Shown one piece after another: positions 1-9,897 of a DNA stretch of 64,000 nucleotides; the stretch's first letter is position 1; each line of letters opens with the position of its first letter. The DNA comes from Octopus vulgaris. Lineage: Eukaryota. Made by a program: the position numbers and the translations under genes. The notes beneath the pieces are model-generated. The model was not told the DNA's origin, did no database searches, and saw only the letters and a program-made list of their open reading frames with translations. The stretch lies in the NCBI GenBank assembly GCA_951406725.2, contig OX597828.1, forward strand, positions 13,020,001 to 13,084,000, in the 5' to 3' direction.

Positions 1-124
1 CTGATTATGTAAACAGAATTCTTTTCTACCTATTCGTTGGAAACTTTGATACAGAGCATCTAAATTTTAATCCCTTTTCACACTTATAAAATTTCTTATC
101 ACCATTATTGTCACTAGGGAAGAA

Positions 125-750
125 CTTATGAATCATTTACTGTGAAGGAGAAATTAAATATGTTGAATATGCACTTGAACGTGGCAATAAAGCTGCCAGA
201 AGGCATTTTGATGCTAATGAAGCAAATGTTTGAAATTGGCGTAAACAGTAGGACAAACTTAAAACTGTGCCTAGTAATAAACAGACAAAAATAAAGACAT
301 ACAATCAAGATTATCCATATCATAACATTTTTTTTCCAGTCAGGAATATCCATATCATTATGTGTATGTCAATGGTGCTCCATTGCGATAGGTAGAAACT
401 CCAAGCAATCTAAAATATGGCCTGGACTGTGTTTACCAGCACTTGAATGTCAGACTTCAAAAAGCAGTTGGCCATTTAAAGGTTTTAATAAATTTATACA
501 GAAAAATTAAGCATTATACCATCCAGCATAAATAAAAGTCAACTTCATTATATTTAAGCCATTATTTTTTCTGTGAAAACCTATTCTGACACTAAATGAG
601 CCAACTTCCGGTACGAATGTTTATATTTTGTATGTCTTTTTTCAACAAAAAAATCCTGGAAACGGTCTGCTCATGTAATTTATGCACACCCTAAAGTTTA
701 TCTTTATTTTTGCAAAAAAAAGTGCATAAATTACATGGGTTTTACGGTAT
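125..750 (+). mobile_element. Decayed pogo/Tigger-type DNA transposon fragment
   Basis: Frameshifted peptide SFTVKEKL..YVEYALERGNKAARRHFDANEANV*NWRKQ resembles the Brinker-type HTH of pogo transposases; a TIR-like end ...TTTTACGG-TA lies near 748. Confidence 0.55.
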
Positions 751-1089
751 ATATATTGACAGACAGATAGATAGATAGATAGATAGATATAGATATGCAT
801 GCGTATAATGTCTTAATGTCAGTGTATGTCTTAGTGTCCCCATGACCACTTGACAACCAATGTTGGGGGTTTATGTCCCTGTAACTTAGCGGTTCAGCAA
901 AAGAATAAACACCACACTTGAGAAAAAAAGGTAAGTACTAGGGTCGATTCATTCAACTGAAAATTCTTGGAGGCAGTGCCCCAGCATGGCCACAGTCAAA
1001 TAACTGAAATAAGTAAGAGAAAAAATGATAAAAAATATAAACTGATTTGCATTTTTTGTGTAATTTAAAATTTTACTCTGCTTTGTGAC

Positions 1090-1272
1090 TGGCATGGTTG
1101 TGTGGTAAGTAGCTTGCTTATGAACCACATGGTTCTGGGTTCAGTCCCACTGCATGGCACCCTGGGCAAGTGTCTTCTACTATAGCCTCAAGCTGACCAA
1201 AGCCTTGTGAGTGGATTTGGTAGACGGAAACTGAAAAAAGCCCGTTGTATATGTGTGTGTGTGTCTGTGTAT

Positions 1273-1309
<37 letters not shown>

Positions 1310-1475
1310 TGTCTTTGTTTGTGCCCCCAACATCACTTGACAACCGATGCTTGCTGGTGTGTTTATGTCTCCGTAACTTAGCGGTTTGGCAAAGAGACCA
1401 ATAGAATAAGTACTAGTCTTACAAAGAATAAGTTCTGGGATTGATTTGTTCGACTAAAAGCGGTGCTCCAGCATT
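1090..1475 (+). mobile_element. tRNA-derived SINE family A (about 400 bp, internal (TA)n/(TG)n). Other copies: 4396-4790(+), 8208-8612(+), 28100-28497(-), 32130-32530(+), 42096-42485(-), 43072-43765(+), 44533-44900(+), 45835-46200(-), 57616-57992(+), plus fragments
   Basis: Repeated head GGCTGTGTGGTAAG...GGTTCAGTCCC (A/B-box-like), shared body and shared tail CCAGCATGGCCGCAGTCAAATGACTGAAACAAGTAAAAGA across more than 10 copies. Confidence 0.88.
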
Positions 1476-1606
1476 GAAATGTTAGAATCCTCCAAGTTCC
1501 TTCAAGATTTCCTTTTCGCCATTTCCTTCTTTTTGGAACACAGTATTTGGAAAATTAAGAGTTATTAGCAACACCTGTTGCAGGTTTAATTCTACTTAAA
1601 ACATAC

Positions 1607-1810
1607 CTGTACTACAGCTGCGATAAGAGATCTCTGTTGTTCTATTTCTTCCAAGGTTTTCTTTGCTAGTAGTTTCACCAAGGTCAGTTGTACTAGGAGT
1701 CTTACAGAATGATTGTGGTCCTGGACACAAGCTACAGACTTCTGCACGTTGACAATACGAATATAAATATTTGCACCAATCTCAATTGCTGCACCATCAG
1801 AAACAAGAAT
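1607..1810 (-). CDS. STOML1: STOML1 exon (ILVSDGAAIEIGANIYIRIVNVQKSVACVQDHNHSVRLLVQLTLVKLLAKKTLEEIEQQRSLIAAVVQ)
   Basis: TTCTTTATAG acceptor, CAG|GTATGT donor; 204 nt, phase 0-0; aligns with the SPFH core of STOML1. Confidence 0.92.
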
Positions 1811-4800
1811 CTATAAAGAAGATAAATGGTTTAGACTTAAAATATTTTAAAAAATAATTACAATTATATTGTTTGTTTAAGAATTGACATTGCAGGGTTG
1901 GTGTAAGAAGCCAAATCTTGACAGTTTGAACTAAAAACAGAATATTTTGGCTGGTTTAACCATTTAGCATTCAAATGTAATGATTATTCATTCACATGTA
2001 GAATATTTGGTCTGGATATGGCTGGATTAAATACTAAAGGGTTAAAACTTAGTGGAGGCCCAACTTTGCATATAGGACCTGGTTAGTGGCATAGCTAATG
2101 GGGAGCAAGGGGAACGACTGCTCTCTCTCAGCACATTTTTCAAAGTTGGCCCCTTTTTAACAATTTTTTTAAATTCTTTAGTCCACTTGTGCAATAAAAG
2201 TCAAATCCCTTTTTTTTTTTTTGCCAGCCTCGCCTGGTCCCCATGCCGGTGACACGTAAAAAGCACCATCCAATCGTGGCCGTTTTCCACCCTCATCTGG
2301 CACCTGTGCCGGTGGCACATAAAAAGCACCCACTACACTCATGGAGTGGTTGGTGTTAGGAAGGGCATCCAGCTGTAGAAACATTGCCAGATCAGACTGG
2401 GCCTGGTGCAGCCTTCTGGCTCCCCAGACCCCAATTGAACCGTCCAACCCATGCTAGCATGGAAAGCGGATGCTAAACAATGATGAATCACATGGCCTTG
2501 GAAGAACTTTGGGGAGCCATTACTTTATTTGACCAACTTTCAGTGTTTTTGAACTGTTGCTCAATCTTCTGTGATGTGTTGGTGGCTGCTGACATCAGAA
2601 GAACAGAAACAAAACTTAACGTCATAACATCTCAACTCTGGATAATCCCATGGAATTTCATCTTTTATGCATCACACCTACATCAGTAGTTGTAAATTTC
2701 ATACACAATAGCATTGTTACTGAAGCATGAAACTAATGAATGTAGAATACAATAACATATATTATACCTAACGAATCACAATCGAGGGGGCTCCTGTGGA
2801 GGACGTTAGTGAGTTTGTCTATCTTGGCAGCAAGATCAGCAAATCACGTGGATCAGATGAGGACATCACGGCAAGAAGCAAGAAAGCTTGGCAAGCCTTC
2901 ATTATTCTTCAGCCGGTATGAAAGTCCACTGCTATCTCAACTCGAACTAAACTCCGCTTATTTAGTTCAAACGTAAAATCTGTGCTTTTGTATGGCTCTG
3001 AAACATGGAGAGCCACATGCAGCAACTACAAGAAGATCCAGACCTTCATCAACAAATGTCTCCGGCAGATCCTCCATCTGAAGCAGTTCGACAGAGTGCC
3101 AAACACCGACATGTGGAAAGGGCCAACCAGGAGCCCATACATGTTCAGATTAGACGAAAGAAATGGAGATGGATGGGACAAACACTGCAGAAAGAACCCT
3201 CAAATGTGACCTGACAAGCACTTGACTGGAACCAGCAGGGGAAAAGGAAGCGAGGACGCCCAAAGCAGACATGGAAGTAGAGCATTTTGGATGAGCTCAG
3301 GACCACCAGTCTGACATGGGAAGCAGCCAAGAAACACGCCAATGACTGCAAAAAGTGGAAAACAACTGTCAAGGCCCTATGCTCTACAAGGGAAAAAGGG
3401 TTAAGAAGAAGAAGAATATCTAACGAAATATATTTTGTGTAATACAAGAGAAATGAGTTAAAAATTGTTCGGTATGTATTATGGTGCCTTTTTTTGTATG
3501 TGCTTGCTCTTGCAAACTTTAGATCCTGGCTATGCCTCTGAGCCTTGTATGATCTTTTTGGAAAAGAGGGTATCTTACATGCCACTGAATATGATAATTA
3601 CTATACTTGATGTTAGAATCTATTTCTTCATTAGTATATTTTTGTAATTATTAGTGGTTAGGCATCTGTCCTAAACAGCTAAAATTAAACCTTAAGACTA
3701 CTATTCAAAGTTAAACTTTCATTTAATGTAATACTATACCTGTTGAGGTGGAACATTAAAAGCCTTTGTCCTCATGTCAACAGAATGGCATCGGTCAATC
3801 CATGGAAGGAAAAATACAAAACCTTAAAGAGAAAAACAAAATTTTTAACTGATAGGCTAGATGTATAATCATGTTTATTTAAGTGGTATCTTAAATGCAA
3901 TTGTGTGTGTGTGTTTGTATGGTCATCATCATCATCATTTTCATGTCCCCTTTTCCATGCATAAATGGTGCAGTGAAGCAGTTTGTCTATGACTGGATGC
4001 CTTTCCTGTTGCTAACCCTAATCTGTTTCCAAGCAATATATTTTCACACAGCTGAAAATATATTCAGAGAAAAATTGAAATGACTAACACTGCTCACATG
4101 ATGGTAATACTCATTTATAACTGCTGTGCAATGTCAAAGCAAGAGGTATGAACACACACACACACACACATGCATATATGCACACACACACACACATGCA
4201 TATCTGCACACATACAAACACACACACATATATATGCAGACATACAAACAACACATATACAACAAGCTTCTTTCAGTTCCCATTTACCGAATCTAGGCTT
4301 CGGTCAACCAAAGGCTATAGTAGAAAACACTTGCCTAAGGAACTACACAGTGGGACTGAAACTGGATCCATGTGGTTGTGAGGCAAATTTCTTAACCACG
4401 TAGTTCTGGTTCAGTCCCATCATGCAATCCCTTAGACATGTGTTTTCTACTATAGCCTGAGGCTGTCGAAAACCTTACTGAGTAGATTTGGTAGATGGAA
4501 ACTGGAAGAAGCTTGTTGTGTGTGTGTGTGTGTGTGTGTATGCATGTGCGCGCATGTGTGTGTGTGTGTAAGTGTGTGTCTTTGTACCTGCATTTGTCCC
4601 CCACCACTGCTTGACAACCGGGATTGGTGTGTTTACATCCCCATAGTTTAGCAGTTCAGCAAAAGGGGCCAATAGAATAGGTACCAGGCTTAGCAAGAAA
4701 AATGATTCATTTGACTAAAAATTCTTCAAAGCAATGCCCCAGCATGGCCACAGTCTAATGACTGCAACAAGTAAAAGATAAAAGAGAAAAAGATAAGATA

Positions 4801-7800
4801 TATATATAATACACACACACGCATACATATATACACATATATAGGTAATGGTAAAGACCCCATCCAGTCATGAAAATGACCATGGGACTGCACCTAGAAA
4901 GTTCCCCTCCAAGGCCCAAGTCCAGGCATGGTTGTTTATGGAATACCAGCAGTCAACCATGTACACCAGCATCCCATCTCCATGCCATGAGAAAGGCAAA
5001 TACTACTACAGCTTGGCACCAGTGTCATTGCAACTCATTTCTATAGGTGACCAAACTGGAGCAACATAAAATAAAATGTCTTACTCAAGAACACAACACA
5101 AAGCCCAGTCCGGTAATCAAACTCATTACCTCGTGATTGTGAGTCCGACGCTATAACCACTGAGCCATGTGCCTTCAATATATGAGTGTGTGTGTGTGTG
5201 TGTGTAGAGAGAGAGAGACAGACAGAGGCAGAAGACAAACAAACAATGGCAAGAGTGGCTGTGGTGATGACAACTGCAACAACAGTGAAAATGATATGAA
5301 AACAACCTACCTGGTCCTTTAGTTTTCAACATTAAACCAAGCCGAAAAATAACAAGTCTTTCATAGTTAGGTACTCTCTGTAAATAAGTATAAGTATAAA
5401 GTTTACAATTTGAAATGAGCTGGACAAAACAGACAGTGGTCATAGACTTTTTAGACTATTGTTTCTCGAGGCGGACTGTGGCAAGATTTTGGTGGGGCAC
5501 AGGTTACTTCAGAATGAGGTGTAAGTAAATAACAAGTAAAGTTTCAATTAAGACTTCTTTTGAATGTACTCTCAGCTGGCAAAACTGAGTTGTACCTGTA
5601 TTTCAAAGCACCAGCCTTGTCACACTCCCTCAGAACTAAGTTAACCCTTTCGTTACCAACCCGGCTGAAACCAGCTCTGAGTACAAATGTCTTGTTTTCA
5701 TAAGTTCTGAATTAAAATCTTCCACCAAACCTTAGTCACAATTTATGTTCCTAACACTAGCTGAATGATAACTAAGTTATTTTACTAAATTCTTTGTTAT
5801 ATCTTTATATATAAAAGTGAATTTCTGTGTCTGTCTCCTACGATTTAGATTCCTAACTACTCCCATATTTTGCAGTGCAGTGTAACCAAAAGCGGGTATC
5901 TTATAGTCGTGATTCATATCGAGCCCTTCTGGGTATTTGCGCGCATCTACGATGAGTCTACGATTTAAAAAAAAAAATTACCATAATTTTTTCCCATTTT
6001 TAATGCATTTTTTTTGCTTTTATATAAGGGAAGTAACTCTCTAAAAATGTATTATTAAATCTCAGAACGTAAAAAGCTACAGTAACACCCCCACCTTTGT
6101 GGTTAGCCATATTGAGATGGCTATTATACTTTACATCTCTAAAAATGCTTATATAGTTATTTCCCTTACAAACCCGAGTAACGCCGGGCGATACTGCTAG
6201 TTTAACATAAATTGAAAGAAACACAGAGCATCTCAAAATATATACAGTAACGAAAAGGTTAAGGGTTTGCATGTCTGTGGAGTACTCAGCCTACTTGCAC
6301 ATTAATTTTACAAGCAGGCAGTTCCGTTGATTGGGTCAACTGGAAGCCTTGTCATCATAACCAACGAAGTGCCAGTTTTCTTTTTATGCTATATACTAAC
6401 TTTGCTCGTTTAGGGTAGGTTGCATGTTTTTTCAGGTAAATTAAAGTGGGATGCGGGGCAAAAAGGGTTGAGAAACACTATTTTAGATCGTCTGAAACTG
6501 GAATCATCATCATCATCATCATCGTTTAGCGTCCGTTTTCCATGCTAGCATGGGTTGGACGGTTCTACTGAGGTCTGTGAAACCAGAAGGCTTCATCAGG
6601 CCCAGTCAAATCTGGCAGTGTTTCTACGGCTGGATGCCCTTCCTAACGCCAACCACTCCGTGAGTGTAGTGGGTGCTTTTTACGTGCCACCCGCACAGGT
6701 GCCAGACAGAGCTGGCAAACGGCCACGAACAGATGGTGCTTTTTATGTGCCACCGGCACGAGGGCCAGGCGAGGCTGGCAATGGACACGAAACGGGGCGG
6801 TGCTGGCAACGGTCGCGAAACGGAAGGTTCTCTTACATGCCACCGGCACTGGTAACACATCTGCAATTTCCATTGATCGATTTCAATTCTGATCCTCACT
6901 TGCCTCAACGGGTCTTCACAAGTAGAGTTTCGACATGCCACCGGCACTGGTAACACATCTGCAATTTCCATAGGGTGGATAAGGGGTATATTTGAAGGAA
7001 TTGCTGCGATTGTTTTGTGGTTACAGAGAAAACAGGAACAGAACTTGGCTTCCAAGACATAATAACATAGGTGAAGAGGAGAAACAGGTAAACTGTATTG
7101 TTTATGATGGGTGAAGTAAATGAATGGGGGAGAAAATCAGATGTGGTTGCTGTTGTTGTTGTTGCTACTGCTGCATGAAGCAAAGGAGGAGGGGGAAGGG
7201 GAGGTGGGGAGTGGGAGGATGGGGAAGAGATGGAGGGGAGGAGGATGGAGAAAGGGAGGCAAGGAAGAGGACAAGGAAGAAGTGGAGAAATAGCAGAAGG
7301 CAGAGGAATAGGAGGAAGAAGTGGAGGTGAAGGAATAGGGGAGGCAGAGGAAAAGGAGAGAGGAGAGATGGTAGAGGAGGAGAGGTGGAGGAAAAGGAGG
7401 AGAAGAGGAAGAAGAGGTAGAGGAATAGGAGGAGGAAGAAGATAGATGGTGGAGGAATAGGAGGAGGACAACAATGTATGTATGTATGTATGGAGAAAGA
7501 AAGAAAGAAAGAAAGTAAGAGATGGAAAAAGGAGGGAGTGAGATAGAGAGAGGGTATGGGACATATTTAGTTTTTGCAAACAGAAAGCATCTATTTCAAT
7601 ATATAAGAGCATATAGAAAGGAATGAGTAAATAACTATCACTTACTTTAAAAGCAAACCAAATTGAGATTGGCATTGTAATGAAGAGGAGAAGGTAAGCT
7701 GCGAATATGATTACCCAGTAGCTAAAACGCCTCCAGAAGGAAACTTGGGCTGCAAAATAGAGAAAAATGTGCGTTCAGGACATTTCTAAAGGGATTCCTT

Positions 7801-9860
7801 ATTTCAGATCATAGGTTCATGCTTGCAATTTTTGTTTTTAAGTAGTTTTTCTTTTAGCCCCCAAGTCAGCTTTGGTTAGAGGGTGGGTCTATACCTATTT
7901 CTTTACTACCCACAGGGGGCTAAACACAGAGGGGACAAACAAGGATAGACAAACGGATTAAGTCGATTATATCGACCCCAGTGCGTAACTGGTACTTAAT
8001 TTATCGACCCCGAAAGGATGAAAGGCAAAGTCGACCTCGGCGGAATTTGAACTCCGAACGTAACGGCAGACGAAATACGGCTACGCATTTCGCCCGGCGT
8101 GCTAACGTTTCTGCCAGCTCGCCGCCTATACCACGGTGGGTCTATACCACAAGGAAAGTGTGTTTTGCTCAGAAGGACTGCTTTATCGGCAAGTTTCTCA
8201 CCAACATAGGCGCAGGAGTGGCTGTGGTAAGTAGCTTGCTTACCGACCACATGGTTCTGGGTTCAGTCCCACAGTGTGGCACCTTGGGCAAGTGTTTTCT
8301 ATTATAGCCTCGGACCAACCAAAGCCTCGTGAGTGGATTTGGTAGACGGAAACTGAAAGAATCCCATCGTATATATATATATATATATATATATGTATGC
8401 ATGTGTGTGTGTGTCTGTGTTTGTCTCCCCAACATCGCTTGACAACCGATGCTGGTGTGTTTACGTCCCCGTAACTTACCGGTCCAGCTAAAGAGACCGA
8501 TAGAATAAGTACTAGGCTTACAAAGAATAAGTCCTGAGGTCGATTTTCTCGATTAAAGGTGGTGCTCCAGCATGGCCACAGTCAAATGACTGAAACAAAT
8601 AAAAGAATAAAAGAACATGGAAACCTTTACTTATATAAACACGCATACACATAATTACATGCATACTACTTGCATATAGACATATCTGTGGAGGCACAAT
8701 GGCCCAGTGGTTAGGGCAGCGGACTCGCGGTCGTAGAATCACGGTTTCGATTCCCAAACCAGGCATTGTGAGTGTTTATTAAGCAACAACACCTAAAGCT
8801 CCACGAGGCTCTGGCAGGGTTGGTGGTGAACCCTGCTGTACTCTTTCACCACAACTTTCTCTCACTCTTTCTTCCTGTTTCTGTTGTACCTGTATTTCAA
8901 AGGGCCAGTCTTGTCACACTCTGTGTCACGCTGAACCTCCCCGAGAACTACATTAAGGATACATGTGTCTGTGGAGTGCTCAGCCACTTGCACATTAATA
9001 AATGAGCTGCGACGTCACTGGTGCCAAGCTGTATCGGCCCCTTTGCCTTTCCCTTGGATAACATCGGTGGCGTGGAGAGGGGGGGGCGGTATGCGTGGGT
9101 GACTGCTGGTCTTCCACAAACAACCTTGCCCAGACGTGTGCCTGGGAGGGTAACTTTCTAGATGCAATCCCATGGTCATTCATGACCGAAGGAGGTCACA
9201 AGAGACATATCTATGCTACATGGCAGTGAAACATGGGCTATGACAGCAGAGGACATGTGAAGGCTTGAAAGAAATGAATCACACATGCTCAGGTGGATGT
9301 GCAATGCCAGTGTGCATCTGCAACAGAGTATAAGAGTCTTGAGAGAAAGGTTGATCGTAAGAGGCATCAGATGCATTGTGCAAGAGGTATGTCTGTGCTG
9401 GAATAGTCATGTGATGCATATGGATGAGGACAGCTGTGTAAAGAAGTGCCGATCTCTAACTGTGGAGAGAACTTGTGGAAGAGTGAGACCCAGGAAGATT
9501 GGATGAGGTGGTGAAGCATGATCTTTGAATGTGGGGCCTTATGGAGGCAACGACAAGTGATTGTGACCTTTGGTGATTTGCCATGCTTGGGAAGACTTGT
9601 CAAGCCAAGCGAAATTGTAGGCGTGGCCAGAGTCAGTGACATGTAAAAGTAGCCGTACTGGTGACTCATAAAAAGCACCCACCACACTCTCGGAATAGTT
9701 GGCATTAAGAAGGGCATTCAGCTGTAGAAACCAAATCAAATTCAGACTGAAACCTGGTGTAGCTCTCCAGCTTACCAGTTCCAACCAAGTCATCTAACCC
9801 ATGTCAGCATGGAAAGTAGACGTTATATGATGATGATGATGGTGGTGGTGGTCTATATAT

Positions 9861-9897
<37 letters not shown>

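Noticed and set aside
1-1606. Further STOML1 exon (expected ..IN..T..WG..V.RVEL)
   Set aside because: No matching peptide was found; the region holds TE fragments, so the next exon lies outside the window.
1720-1790. STOML1 Asn/Ile codons (GANI, IVNV) that A-to-I editing could convert to the human Asp/Val residues
   Set aside because: These positions vary among SPFH homologues (stomatin has Asn at one of them), so there is no case for restorative editing.
6905-7675. 256-aa ORF on the minus strand
   Set aside because: Only its first 10 codons overlap the real STOML1 exon; the rest is read-through of a low-complexity intron tract.
8688-8765. tRNA gene
   Set aside because: The tRNA-like head continues into a repeated SINE body, with no intact acceptor stem or terminator.
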